A stretch of 64,000 bases of DNA from an uncultured Aquabacterium sp. (GCA_963511655.1 CAUPJV010000001.1:132987-196986), one strand, 5' to 3'; positions 41,605 to 53,314 are shown, counted from the stretch's first letter. Program-made: numbers and translations. Notes: generated from the letters alone by a model not told the origin.

Positions 41605-42426
41605 ATGTCGATCCTGGCTCCGCTGCTGCGTCCAGCGTCCTGGCGCCTGGCGCCGGGCGCTGCAGACGCCCCCCTGATCCGCCTGGCCGGACAGGCCCTC
41701 ATCGTGCTCAGTGGCCTGGCCTTGCTGGCCTGGTCGCTGGCTGTCTGGCACGGCGCCTGGGTGCGCGGGGACCTTGAATGGCCAGCCGCACTGGCGGTGC
41801 TGTGCTGCGTGGTGTGGCTCTGGCAGGCCAGTCGGCTGTGGCGCGACTGGTCTGCGCCGTCTCACCGCCTGACTTTGCGCTGGACGGGGCCCCCAGGCCC
41901 AGGCGCAGGCGCAGGCCCAGGCGCAGGCGTTGTAGCGGGGACTGCTGCGCCCGGAGGGTGGCGCGTCGACGAGTGGGGCGAGGTCGGGGTTGAGGTTTCC
42001 CTGGTCTGGGACTGGCAGCACGTTTTGCTGGTTCGACTCAAGCCCTCGCATGATGGGGCCCCGGCTTGGGTCTGGTTGTCCGAGCGCATCGGCAACGAGG
42101 TGCATCGCCTGCGCACGCTGCTGTGCCTGCCGACTTCGTTCACCCAAACCGCCGGTGCCGGTGTCGCCGCCGTCGACGCTGTCGAGCCAGTCCGGCCCCT
42201 GGATGCCATTTTTCGGAAGGTGGCATCATCGAGCCGTCCCCCTCCTGGCAAAGCGCGATCGATGCGAGTTCCCTCACTGTCTTCCCTGGTCAGCCGCGAG
42301 TTGGATTCGGCGGGCCTGGCGCCGCCCTTGCGCATCGAGGACGACTTCCCGCTCACGCAGTTCTTCGATCGCGACGAACACGGCGCCGATGCGGCCGCGA
42401 TCTCACCGTCCAAAGGGGCTGCGTGA
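41605..42426 (+). CDS. Hypothetical membrane protein (YgfX-like N-terminal part, low-complexity tail)
   Basis: Two hydrophobic segments, RLTLRWTG, VWDWQHVLLVRL, WVWL..R motif; sits between fabF and rpoE and its stop overlaps the rpoE ATG. Confidence 0.55.
   Translation: MSILAPLLRPASWRLAPGAADAPLIRLAGQALIVLSGLALLAWSLAVWHGAWVRGDLEWPAALAVLCCVVWLWQASRLWRDWSAPSHRLTLRWTGPPGPGAGAGPGAGVVAGTAAPGGWRVDEWGEVGVEVSLVWDWQHVLLVRLKPSHDGAPAWVWLSERIGNEVHRLRTLLCLPTSFTQTAGAGVAAVDAVEPVRPLDAIFRKVASSSRPPPGKARSMRVPSLSSLVSRELDSAGLAPPLRIEDDFPLTQFFDRDEHGADAAAISPSKGAA
41894..41929. repeat. Perfect 18-bp tandem duplication (CAGGCCCAGGCGCAGGCG x2)
   Basis: Read directly; encodes PGPGAGAGPGAG. Confidence 0.85.
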
Positions 42427-43130
42427 TGCAGGGTGACGACGTCAACGACCCGCCGCTGTCGGAGGCCCCCCGCCTGGCCGCTTTCCCCGATGCCGGAGCG
42501 CCGCTGGCCGAGCCCGTGGCGCCCTTGAACGACGTCGATGCGGTCCTGGTCGAGCGCGTGCAGCGCGGCGATCAGAAGGCCTTCGAGATGCTGGTGGTCA
42601 AGTACCAGCGGCGCATCGAGCGCCTCATCGCTCGCATGGTGCGCGACGTTGACCTGGTGGAAGACATCGCCCAGGAAACCTTCATCCGGGCGTACCGCGC
42701 TTTGCCCGGCTTTCGTGGCGAGAGCGCCTTCTACACCTGGCTCTACCGCATCGCGGTCAACACAGCCAAGCGGGCCATGATCGGGCTCAAGCGCGACCCG
42801 CTGCTGACCGAGGCGGCCATGGGTGGCTCCGGCGACGACGACGATGAGCACCCCCGCGCCCAGGATGACGCCACCGATGGCGAGACGCCCGAGTCGATCA
42901 TGGCCAGCCGCCAGGTGGCCGAAACCGTCAACGCCGCCATCGAGGCTTTGTCCGAAGACCTGCGTCAGGCCATCACGCTGCGTGAAATCGAGGGCCTGAG
43001 CTACGAGGAGATCTCCGAGCTCATGGGCTGTCCGATCGGCACGGTGCGTTCGCGCATTTTCCGAGCCCGGGAGTCCATCGCATCCCGCCTGCGCCCCTTG
43101 CTCGACACCCGGGAGGGCGAGCGTTGGTGA
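42426..43130 (+). CDS. rpoE: ECF sigma factor RpoE (sigma-E/AlgU type)
   Basis: VERVQRGDQKAFEMLVVKYQRRI, FRGESAFYTWLYRIAVNTAK, LREIEGLSYEEI, CPIGTVRSRIFRARE. Confidence 0.96.
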   Translation: MQGDDVNDPPLSEAPRLAAFPDAGAPLAEPVAPLNDVDAVLVERVQRGDQKAFEMLVVKYQRRIERLIARMVRDVDLVEDIAQETFIRAYRALPGFRGESAFYTWLYRIAVNTAKRAMIGLKRDPLLTEAAMGGSGDDDDEHPRAQDDATDGETPESIMASRQVAETVNAAIEALSEDLRQAITLREIEGLSYEEISELMGCPIGTVRSRIFRARESIASRLRPLLDTREGERW

Positions 43131-43134
43131 GCAC

Positions 43135-43162
43135 GGAACTTTCCGCTTCTGCCTTGATCCAT
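43135..43162 (+). promoter_or_regulatory. Sigma-E-type promoter upstream of rseA
   Basis: GGAACTT-N16-TCCAT matches the sigmaE/AlgU consensus GGAACTT-N16-TCnAA. Confidence 0.6.
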
Positions 43163-43220
43163 GAAGGGCGCCTGCATCCCATGTCGGGGTGCGGGCAGGC
43201 TGATTCAGGAGCCAAGACGC

Positions 43221-43916
43221 ATGTCTGAACACCCGCAAGGCGGTGCCGTGTCCCGCGAAATCCTCTCTGCCCTGGCCGATGGTCAGGCCACCTCGACCGA
43301 GGCCGCTCAGGCCAGTGCCGCCTGGCGCGGTCAGCCCGAAGCGCGCGCCACCTGGCATGCCTACCACCTCATCGGCGACGTGCTGCGTTCCCCCGAGGCG
43401 CTGGCAGCGTCCGACAGCGAACGATTTTTGCAACGCCTGCGCGCCCGCATGTCCGACGAGCCGGTGGTGCTGGCCCCGCAGGCTGTTCAGGCCGCACAGG
43501 TGCTGCGTCACGATTCTGCGGCTGCTCTCACCCAGGACAACACGGGCCAGCCGCTGCGTCGCCGCATGTGGGCCGGCCCGGCGGCCGTCGCTGCCAGCTT
43601 TGCCTTGATCGTGGGGGTGCTGACCTCCCAGGTGGGTGCCCCGGGTGCCCCGGGCGACGTCGGTGGTGCCTCTGGAGGCGAGCAACTGGCCCGTTCGGGC
43701 ACCGGCTGGGCCGAAGCCAGCGTGGTGAGTCAGCCCGGGCTGAGCCTGAGCGCTGGCGGCTCCTTCAGCAACCGCGGCGATCAGGTCACCGGCTTGTTGC
43801 CTCGCGACCCTCGCCTGGATCAGGCGATGACCGTGCAGCGCCCGCTGCCCAACCCCCCCTCGACCTTCTCCGAGCCGCCTGGCCTGATCCGCACCACCGC
43901 GTACAGCGCCCCTTGA
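43221..43916 (+). CDS. rseA: Anti-sigma-E factor RseA
   Basis: EILSALADG, TWHAYHLIGDVLRS, single TM (AAVAASFALIVGVL); AGGAG RBS. Confidence 0.9.
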   Translation: MSEHPQGGAVSREILSALADGQATSTEAAQASAAWRGQPEARATWHAYHLIGDVLRSPEALAASDSERFLQRLRARMSDEPVVLAPQAVQAAQVLRHDSAAALTQDNTGQPLRRRMWAGPAAVAASFALIVGVLTSQVGAPGAPGDVGGASGGEQLARSGTGWAEASVVSQPGLSLSAGGSFSNRGDQVTGLLPRDPRLDQAMTVQRPLPNPPSTFSEPPGLIRTTAYSAP

Positions 43917-44127
43917 ATTCGCAGCGCCTTGACCCCAATTCGACCGCGGTGAGCCTTTGCAGGCTCCCGCGGTTTTTGTCTGTTGAAGCGGGCGTGTCGC
44001 CTGCTTTGGTGCTCAGCGCTTCACTGAACTTTGCCTGGCGCATCGATTGCGCGCGCGAACTGTCGTCCAATCTGTGGGCTCCCACGTTGCCATGTCATCC
44101 GCATCTCCATCCAAGAGGTCTTCGCTC

Positions 44128-45687
44128 ATGATGCCGTCCCAAATGACCGTTGCTTCCACGCCGTCCGTCATCCGTCGCACCCTCGTTGTTGGCGCCGTGG
44201 TCTCCGCTGTCGGGCTGATCCTCAGCTCCAGCCTGTTTCCGCATGCGTCTCAGGCGCAGCAATCGGTCGCCATGGCCGCTGCTCCCAGCGCCATCCCGGC
44301 GACGCCTGCGCAGCCCGCCCCGCAGGCCCCGCTCCTGGTCAAGGGCTTGCCCGACTTCACCGACCTCGTCGAGAAGGTCGGGCCCTCGGTGGTCAGCATC
44401 CGCACGACCCAGCGCGTCAACGACGAAGAGGACACGGGTGATGAAGCCGACGCGCAGATGCGCGAGTTCTTCAAGCGATTCTTCGGTGTGCCCATGCCTG
44501 ACCAGCGTCGCAATGCGCCCCGTCGTGGTGGCGAGCAGGGCGAGGAGCGCCCCCGCGGCGTGGGTTCGGGCTTCGTGCTCAGCGCCGACGGCTACGTCAT
44601 GACGAACGCCCACGTGGTGGAGGGCGCCGACGAGGTCTACGTCAACCTGACGGACAAGCGCGAGTACAAAGCCAAGGTCGTGGGGGCAGACAAACGCACC
44701 GACGTTGCCGTGCTCAAGATCGAAGCCAACAAACTGCCGGCCGTCGCGATCGGCAACGTCGCCAGCCTGCGAGTGGGCGAGTGGGTCATGGCCATCGGCA
44801 CGCCCTTCGGCCTGGAGAACACCGTCACCGCTGGCATCGTCAGCGCCAAGGCGCGTGACACCGGCGAAGAAATCCGGTTCATCCAGACCGACGTGGCCGT
44901 CAACCCGGGCAACTCGGGCGGCCCGCTGATCAACATGCGCGGCGAGGTCGTGGGCATCAACTCGCAGATCCTCAGCCGCTCCGGCGGCTTCATGGGCATT
45001 TCCCTGTCCATCCCCATCGACGACGCCATGAAGGTGGCCGACCAGCTGCGCAGCGGCGGCAAGGTGATCCGCGGTCGCATCGGTGTGTCCATCGCGCCGG
45101 TGACCAAGGACGTGGCTGAGTCCATCGGCCTGGGCAAGCCGCGGGGGGCGCTGGTGCAGGGCGTGGAGCCCGGCACGCCGGCGGACAAGGCTGGCGTTGA
45201 GGCGGGCGACATCATCACCCAGTTCAACGGTCAGGCCATCGACAAGGCCGGGGACCTGCCGCGCCTGGTGGCAGCCACTCGCCCTGGCACCAAGAGCACC
45301 TTGCAGGTTTTCCGCCGTGGGGGATTCAAGGAACTCGCGGTGACCGTCGCCGAGCTCGAGGCCCCCAAAGCCAAGTCAGAGCAGCCAGCCAAGCCTGCAG
45401 CGAAGGCGTCTGCCGCTGCGTTGGGGCTGACCGTGACCGACCTGAGCGCCGAGCAAAAGCGCGAGCTCAAGCAAAGTGGCGGCGTGCTGGTGGAGGGGGC
45501 AGAAGGCCCCGCTGCCCGGGCTGGCCTGCGCGCGGGCGACGTCATCCTGGCGGTGGCCAACGTTCAGGTTGCCAACGCCAGTGAGTTCGAGGCGTTGCTG
45601 GGCAAGGTGGACAAGAGCCGTCCGGTGAGCGTGCTGGTGCGCCGCGGCGAGTGGGCTCAGTACGCCGTGATCCGGCCCGTCAAGTGA
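44128..45687 (+). CDS. Do/DegP-family periplasmic serine protease (MucD-like) with two PDZ domains
   Basis: LPDFTDLVE, GSGF, MTNAHVV (His), TDVAVLK (Asp), VNPGNSGGPL (Ser). Confidence 0.95.
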   Translation: MMPSQMTVASTPSVIRRTLVVGAVVSAVGLILSSSLFPHASQAQQSVAMAAAPSAIPATPAQPAPQAPLLVKGLPDFTDLVEKVGPSVVSIRTTQRVNDEEDTGDEADAQMREFFKRFFGVPMPDQRRNAPRRGGEQGEERPRGVGSGFVLSADGYVMTNAHVVEGADEVYVNLTDKREYKAKVVGADKRTDVAVLKIEANKLPAVAIGNVASLRVGEWVMAIGTPFGLENTVTAGIVSAKARDTGEEIRFIQTDVAVNPGNSGGPLINMRGEVVGINSQILSRSGGFMGISLSIPIDDAMKVADQLRSGGKVIRGRIGVSIAPVTKDVAESIGLGKPRGALVQGVEPGTPADKAGVEAGDIITQFNGQAIDKAGDLPRLVAATRPGTKSTLQVFRRGGFKELAVTVAELEAPKAKSEQPAKPAAKASAAALGLTVTDLSAEQKRELKQSGGVLVEGAEGPAARAGLRAGDVILAVANVQVANASEFEALLGKVDKSRPVSVLVRRGEWAQYAVIRPVK

Positions 45688-45761
45688 GGCAAGCCGGGTG
45701 CAGCAAGGGCAATCCCGAGCACGCCATGGGGTTGTTGGCCGCTTTCGACAGCGTCGATCGG

Positions 45762-45883
45762 TGTTGATAACTCGGGTGGCGGGGTGGAATCTGGCTACAA
45801 TCCGCCCTGCCGTCCAGACTGACGGCCCCTTTCTGCTGACGTCAGACTTGCCCACAACCTGCTGTTGATAACCTGTGCATAAC
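45762..45883. promoter_or_regulatory. Cluster of DnaA-box-like motifs upstream of lepA
   Basis: TGTTGATAAC at 45762 and 45863, TGTGCATAAC at 45874 (fits TGTGNATAA), and a degenerate opposite-orientation TTGCCCACA at 45848. Confidence 0.5.
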
Positions 45884-46028
45884 AGGCGATTCCCGGCCTG
45901 CGAGCCTGCTCCAGTGGCTTGCAAACAGCCCTTGCGGATGGGACCTTCGCTACAATGGAGGTCCAACAAGCAGTTGCCATACGTTTTTGTTGGAAGGCGC
46001 GTCACTCCTTTTGACGTGCCTTTTTTTT

Positions 46029-47837
<1,809 letters not shown>

Positions 47838-47885
47838 GTCCCTTCAGGCTCGCACCGATCGCCAACGACCACAACGAGAACATCG

Positions 47886-48857
47886 ATGAGTTTGATCACC
47901 GGATTGCTGTACGCGGCCCTCGCCGTGTACCTGGGGGGCTGGTACGCAGGGCGCTGGCACGGCAACTTTTCGCTGCTGCTGTTCGTCATGACCGTGGTCA
48001 CGTTCGTGTACTGGCTGGCTGAGCGCTATCGCTTTCGGCCGGCCCGTGAAGCAGCCGCCCGGGCGCTGATCGAGCAGGACCAGTCGCGTCGTTCTCAACT
48101 CGCCCTGCAGGGCATCGACCAGGTCGACGGCAACGTGCTGGTGGCGCGTGACCGCCTCCTGGCTCAGCCCTGGTGGCTGGACTGGAGCGCGGGCCTGTTC
48201 CCGGTGATCTGCGCGGTGTTCTTCATGCGCTCGTTCCTGTTCGAGCCCTTCAAGATCCCGTCGGGCTCCATGATCCCGACCTTGCTGGTCGGCGACCTCA
48301 TCCTGGTCAACAAATTCCACTATGGCATCCGCCTGCCGGTGATCAACAAGAAAGTCGTCGACAACAACCAGCCGCAGCGTGGCGACGTCATCGTCTTTCG
48401 CTACCCGGTCAACACCAGCCTCGACTACATCAAGCGCGTGGTGGGCTTGCCTGGCGACACCATCGCCTATGTCAACAAGCAACTCACGGTCAACGGCCAG
48501 CCCGTGCCCCAGGATCAGCTGCCCGAGTACTACGACGCCGACAGCCTGAAGTACGCACTGCAGTTTTCCGAAAAGTTCGACGGTCGCGAGCACCGCATCC
48601 TCGTCGACAAGGACCGCCCGCCCTTCGTGCCACCGCAGGCCGTTGAGGACTACCCTCACCGCGACAACTGCAGCTACAGTGGCGAAGGGGTGGTCTGCAA
48701 GGTGCCGCCAGGTCACTATTTCGTGATGGGCGACAACCGCGACAACTCCCAGGACTCCCGCTACTGGGGGTTCGTCCCCGACCAGAACCTCGTCGGCAAG
48801 GCCTTCGTGATCTGGATGAATTTCGGCGACTTCAAGCGAATCGGTTTCTTCCATTGA
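47886..48857 (+). CDS. lepB: Signal peptidase I
   Basis: FKIPSGSMIPTL (Ser), DYIKRVVGLPGD (Lys), MGDNRDNSQDSRYWG. Confidence 0.96.
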   Translation: MSLITGLLYAALAVYLGGWYAGRWHGNFSLLLFVMTVVTFVYWLAERYRFRPAREAAARALIEQDQSRRSQLALQGIDQVDGNVLVARDRLLAQPWWLDWSAGLFPVICAVFFMRSFLFEPFKIPSGSMIPTLLVGDLILVNKFHYGIRLPVINKKVVDNNQPQRGDVIVFRYPVNTSLDYIKRVVGLPGDTIAYVNKQLTVNGQPVPQDQLPEYYDADSLKYALQFSEKFDGREHRILVDKDRPPFVPPQAVEDYPHRDNCSYSGEGVVCKVPPGHYFVMGDNRDNSQDSRYWGFVPDQNLVGKAFVIWMNFGDFKRIGFFH

Positions 48858-48871
48858 ACAGGATCGAGCCC

Positions 48872-49264
48872 ATGCCCCTCGTGTCTCGTTGCACCCGCCA
48901 GGCGGGTGGTGCTCGCGTGCGCCAGTCAGGCGTGACCCTCGTTGGCTTGCTCTTCTGGGCGGTGCTCATCTGCACCTTCGCCTTGCTGCTGATGAAGGTG
49001 GCGCCGGCGGTGTCGGAGTACCGCACCATCCAGGGCATGGTCAACAAGGCCGCGGCCGAAGGCGGCTCCACGGTGCCCGAGATCCGAGCGGCCTACGACC
49101 GCTACGTTCAGATCGAATACGGCGTTGAGGCGATTCGCTCCGGACGTGACCTGGACATCTCCAAAGAAGAAGATCGCGTCGTCATCCGCTTCGCCTACGA
49201 CAAGGAAATCGAGCTCGTCGACCCGGTCTACCTGGTCCTCAAGTTCAAGGGCCAGTCCAAGTGA
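48872..49264 (+). CDS. DUF4845-family protein
   Basis: RQSGVTLVGLL pilin-like start, TM segment, FAYDKEIEL; typical position between lepB and rnc. Confidence 0.8.
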   Translation: MPLVSRCTRQAGGARVRQSGVTLVGLLFWAVLICTFALLLMKVAPAVSEYRTIQGMVNKAAAEGGSTVPEIRAAYDRYVQIEYGVEAIRSGRDLDISKEEDRVVIRFAYDKEIELVDPVYLVLKFKGQSK

Positions 49265-49319
49265 CCGCTTTTGCACCTCGCTCCTTCCTGACCCGGGCCT
49301 GTGATCAGGCCCTTTCTCA

Positions 49320-50108
49320 TTGCGGGAAAGCACGTTGAACGCTCGCTCGCCCACCCTCTCTCCTGCCTTGCTGGGCCTGCAGCAGCGCCTGGGGCACACC
49401 TTCGCCGATCCGGCCCTCCTCGTGCGCGCCGTGACCCACAAGAGCTTCGGCGCCGACCACTACGAGCGCCTGGAGTTCCTGGGGGACGCGGTGCTGGACC
49501 TGGGCGTCTCGACCTTGCTGTACGCCCGTTTCGAGCGGGGCGCCGAGGGTGACCTGACGCGCGTTCGCGCTCACCTGGTGCGCCAGGACATGCTTCATCG
49601 CCTGGCGGTGAAGTTCGGCCTGCCTTCCGTGTTGCGCCTCAGCGAGGGCGAGGCCAAGGGAGGGGGGGCTCAGCGCCCATCCATCCTGGCTGACGCGCTG
49701 GAGGCCATCATCGGTGCGGTGTACCTGGACGCTGGTTTCGAAGCGGCCCGCGACCTGGTGTTGCGGCTGTTCGAGCCGGTGCTGGCCGAGAGCTCCTCCC
49801 TGGAGGGCTGGAGCAAGGACGCCAAGACCGCCTTGCAGGAGTGGTTGCAGGCGCGCAAGATGCCGGTGCCAACTTACCGCATCGAGGGCACCCGAGGCAA
49901 GGCCCACGAGCAGGTCTTCATCGTGGCCTGCGAGTTGCCCGACCTGGCCATCTCCGTGACGGGGGAGGGCACCTCGCGCCGCGCTGCTGAGCAAACCGCC
50001 GCTCAGGCGGCCATGACCCGGGTGGCGGCCTTGCCCGCTCGACAGGCCGCTGCGACCAGCCCCGAGCCCGTCATCGTCCACAAGCCGCGCTCGTCTCAAG
50101 CGGATTGA
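49320..50108 (+). CDS. rnc: Ribonuclease III
   Basis: HYERLEFLGDAVL, ILADALEAIIGAVYLD, DAKTALQEWLQ dsRBD; start uncertain (TTG). Confidence 0.95.
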   Translation: MRESTLNARSPTLSPALLGLQQRLGHTFADPALLVRAVTHKSFGADHYERLEFLGDAVLDLGVSTLLYARFERGAEGDLTRVRAHLVRQDMLHRLAVKFGLPSVLRLSEGEAKGGGAQRPSILADALEAIIGAVYLDAGFEAARDLVLRLFEPVLAESSSLEGWSKDAKTALQEWLQARKMPVPTYRIEGTRGKAHEQVFIVACELPDLAISVTGEGTSRRAAEQTAAQAAMTRVAALPARQAAATSPEPVIVHKPRSSQAD

Positions 50109-50155
50109 GCTTCACACGCGGCTCGCCGCAGCCTTTGTTTCTGATTGGTTGAATC

Positions 50156-51175
50156 ATGCCCAAGTCGCCCGCCGATGACCTGAACCCCTCGCTTGACCAG
50201 ATGCTGGCCAAGCTGACGATGGCCCGCACCGGCGAGGGTCAGCCTGCCGCGGCGACGCAGCAGCGCTGCGGCTTGATCGCCATCGTCGGTCGCCCCAATG
50301 TGGGCAAGTCCACCCTGCTCAATGCGCTCGTGGGCCAGAAGGTGTCCATCACCTCGCGCAAGGCCCAGACCACGCGCCACCGCATCACCGGCATCCGCAC
50401 CGAGGGCGACACCCAATTCGTCTTCGTGGACACGCCCGGCTTCCAGACGCGCCACACCGTGCGCGGCACCGCAGCCCTCAACCGCAACCTCAACAAGACG
50501 GTGCAAGCCACCTTGTCGGACGTGGCGGTCGTGTTGTTCCTGGTCGAGGCGGGCCGTTTCGGCCCCGACGATGCCCAGGTGCTGGCCCTGCTGCCCAAGG
50601 ATCGCCCGGTGCTGCTTGTGGCCAACAAGCTCGACCTCATTCACCGCCGCGAAGACCTCTTCCCCTGGTTGCAGTCCATGCAGGAGCGCCACCCCTTCAC
50701 GGAGTTCGTGCCCCTGTCTGCCAAGCGCGAGGACGACACCCGTCGCTTGCTGGACATCGTGCGGCCGTACCTGCCCGAGCAGGGCTGGTGGTACGAGTCC
50801 GATGCGCTGACCGACCGCACCGACCGGTTCCTCGCCAGCGAGATCGTGCGTGAAAAGCTCTTTCGCCTGACCGGCGATGAGCTGCCCTACACCTCGACCG
50901 TGGTCATCGACCAGTACACCGACGAGCCCCCGCAGCCCGACAACCCCAAGTCCACCGGCATGGTGCGCATCGCTGCGACCATCATCGTGGAGCGCGAGCA
51001 GCACAAGGGCATGGTCATCGGGGACAAGGGCGAGCGCCTCAAGCGCATCGGCACCGAGGCCCGCACCGAGCTCGAGCGCCTGATGGGCCGCAAGGTCTTC
51101 CTGGAGATCTGGGTCAAGGTGCGCTCGGGCTGGGCGGACGACGACGCCCGCTTGCGCACCTACGGCTACGAGTGA
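50156..51175 (+). CDS. era: GTPase Era
   Basis: [29 protein letters not shown]-like [21 protein letters not shown]. Confidence 0.96.
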   Translation: MPKSPADDLNPSLDQMLAKLTMARTGEGQPAAATQQRCGLIAIVGRPNVGKSTLLNALVGQKVSITSRKAQTTRHRITGIRTEGDTQFVFVDTPGFQTRHTVRGTAALNRNLNKTVQATLSDVAVVLFLVEAGRFGPDDAQVLALLPKDRPVLLVANKLDLIHRREDLFPWLQSMQERHPFTEFVPLSAKREDDTRRLLDIVRPYLPEQGWWYESDALTDRTDRFLASEIVREKLFRLTGDELPYTSTVVIDQYTDEPPQPDNPKSTGMVRIAATIIVEREQHKGMVIGDKGERLKRIGTEARTELERLMGRKVFLEIWVKVRSGWADDDARLRTYGYE

Positions 51176-51191
51176 GGCCAGGCCCGCGAGC

Positions 51192-52013
51192 ATGGCCAAG
51201 CCTGCGTCCCGCTCGACATCGCGTGCACCGTCACCGGCTTATGTCCTGCACAGCCACGACTGGAGCGAGTCCAGCCTGATCCTCGACCTGTTCTGCCGTG
51301 ACCAGGGCAGGGTGATGGCCATCGCCAAGGGCGCCAAGCGGCCGCACTCCCAGTTGCGCCCCGTGTTGATGCCCTTCCAGCGCATCACGGTGGGCTTCGG
51401 GGCCAAGCGGGGCGAGGAGTCCGAGGTGTGGTTGCTGCGGCAGGCTGAATGGGCGGGCGGTCCGGCCTTTGGTGGAGGCGATGCTTTGCTGCCTGCGTTC
51501 TACCTCAATGAGTTGCTGATGCGCCTGTTGCCTCGGCAAGAGCCGCACCCGGTCTTGTTCGAGGCGTATGCCGACGTCCTGCGGGCCTTGCCCGAGCCGG
51601 GGCTCTTGCAAGCGGGCTTGCGCGCGTTCGAGCTCGTGTTGTTGCGCCAGCTCGGGCACCTGCCGGACCTGTCCCTGCTCACGCTGGACGGCTCGCCGGT
51701 GCAGGCGGGCGAGCCCCACGAACTCCATCCGGAACTGGGGGTGCGGCCGGCGCACTGGATGGGCGAGTCCAGCGACGCGGCGGCCGTGCTCAACGGCTCG
51801 GTGCTGCTGGCCATGGAAGAGGCTTTGTCTGACGCGTGGCTCAACGACGAGCGACGCGTGCGGCCTGGGCACACGCCCGTGCCCAGCCTGATGGCCGCCT
51901 GCATGCCGGCGCTGAGTGACCTCAAGGCCACCACGCGATCGCTGCTTCACTATCATCTGGGCACGCACACCCTGCGCACCCGACAGCTCATGATGGAACT
52001 TCAGCAACCATGA
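51192..52013 (+). CDS. recO: DNA repair protein RecO
   Basis: AYVLHSHDWSESSLILDLF, AKGAKRP, FYLNELLMRLL, RAFELVLL. Confidence 0.92.
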   Translation: MAKPASRSTSRAPSPAYVLHSHDWSESSLILDLFCRDQGRVMAIAKGAKRPHSQLRPVLMPFQRITVGFGAKRGEESEVWLLRQAEWAGGPAFGGGDALLPAFYLNELLMRLLPRQEPHPVLFEAYADVLRALPEPGLLQAGLRAFELVLLRQLGHLPDLSLLTLDGSPVQAGEPHELHPELGVRPAHWMGESSDAAAVLNGSVLLAMEEALSDAWLNDERRVRPGHTPVPSLMAACMPALSDLKATTRSLLHYHLGTHTLRTRQLMMELQQP

Positions 52014-52825
52014 CCTTCTCAGGCCTGCACCTCACCGCCCTCGATGCCCCCTTGCTGGGCGTCAACATCGACCACGTGGCCACGGTGCGCAACGCACGCG
52101 GCGGGCGCTTCCCCGACCCGGTGGCCGCCGCCTTGCTGGCCGTCGAGGGCGGCGCCGACATCATCACCTTTCACCTCCGTGAAGACCGACGCCACATCCG
52201 CGATGAGGACGTGGCGCGCCTCAAGGAGGCCATTCAGGTGCCCCTGAACTTCGAGGCCGCCGTCACCGACGAGATGCTCGACATCATCGAGCGCACGGCG
52301 CCTGAGCATGTCTGCCTCGTGCCGGAGCGCCGCCAGGAGGTGACCACCGAAGGCGGCCTGGACGTGATAGGCCAGTTCGACCGCGTGCGCGACGCCTGTG
52401 TGCGCCTGGCCGAGTCGGGCAGCCGCGTGTCGCTGTTCATCGGTGCCGACCTGGCTCAGATCGACGCCGCCGCCCGGGCCGGCGCCCCGTGCGTGGAGTT
52501 GCACACCGGCCCGCTCGCCCACGCCTGGTGGGACCGCGATCACGCCTTGCTGGAGCGCGAGCTGCAGCGCCTGCAACGCGGCCTCCTGCACGCGACCAGC
52601 CTGGGCCTGCGCACGCACGCCGGTCACGGCCTGGCGCTGAGTCAGCCCGAAGCGGATGGCGCCGACCAGCCCAGCAGCGCGGCCCTGGTGGCGGCCTTGC
52701 CCGACGTGCACGAACTGCACATCGGGCACGCCTTGATCGGCCACGCCTTGTTCGTTGGCCTCAAGCAGGCCATCGCCGACTTCAAGGCCGAGGCCATCCG
52801 CGCTCGGCAGGCGGGGCGCGCGTGA
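52010..52825 (+). CDS. pdxJ: Pyridoxine 5'-phosphate synthase
   Basis: [48 protein letters not shown]. Confidence 0.93.
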   Translation: MTFSGLHLTALDAPLLGVNIDHVATVRNARGGRFPDPVAAALLAVEGGADIITFHLREDRRHIRDEDVARLKEAIQVPLNFEAAVTDEMLDIIERTAPEHVCLVPERRQEVTTEGGLDVIGQFDRVRDACVRLAESGSRVSLFIGADLAQIDAAARAGAPCVELHTGPLAHAWWDRDHALLERELQRLQRGLLHATSLGLRTHAGHGLALSQPEADGADQPSSAALVAALPDVHELHIGHALIGHALFVGLKQAIADFKAEAIRARQAGRA

Positions 52826-53253
52826 TCGTCGGCATCGGCACCGACCTGTGCGACGTGCGCCGCATCCAGGCCACCCTGGAGCGCCGCGGCGACCGCTTCG
52901 CAGAAAAGGTCCTGGGGGAGCGCGAGCTGGCCGTGTGGCGAGCTCGCACGGCGCGTTCACCCTTGCGAGGCTTGCGCTACCTGGCCACGCGCTTCGCGGC
53001 CAAGGAGGCCTTCTCCAAGGCCATCGGCCTGGGCATCCACATGCCCATGACCTGGCGGGCCTGCCAGGTGCTCAACGCCGAAAGCGGGCAGCCTCAGGTT
53101 GTGCTCGACGGCGCCCTGGCCACGTGGTTCGATGCCCGCGGCTGGAAGGCCCACGTCACCGTGACCGATGAAGGCGACCTCGCGCAGGCCTTTGTCGTCG
53201 TCGAGACCGACCCGGCGCGCGCGCCCTCTCTCGCCCCCGCGTTGGCGCCTTGA
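52822..53253 (+). CDS. acpS: Holo-ACP synthase (AcpS-type PPTase)
   Basis: GTG start overlapping the pdxJ stop; [20 protein letters not shown]. Confidence 0.95.
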   Translation: MIVGIGTDLCDVRRIQATLERRGDRFAEKVLGERELAVWRARTARSPLRGLRYLATRFAAKEAFSKAIGLGIHMPMTWRACQVLNAESGQPQVVLDGALATWFDARGWKAHVTVTDEGDLAQAFVVVETDPARAPSLAPALAP

Positions 53254-53314
53254 ACGCAGCGACAATGCTGCCTTTCCCGCTGTTTGAACCCGCCTGACCC
53301 AGACGCCTGAAGCC

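Noticed and set aside
43995-44075. SigmaE promoter upstream of the Do protease (GAACTT at ~44026)
   Set aside because: No matching -10 element at 16-17 nt spacing.
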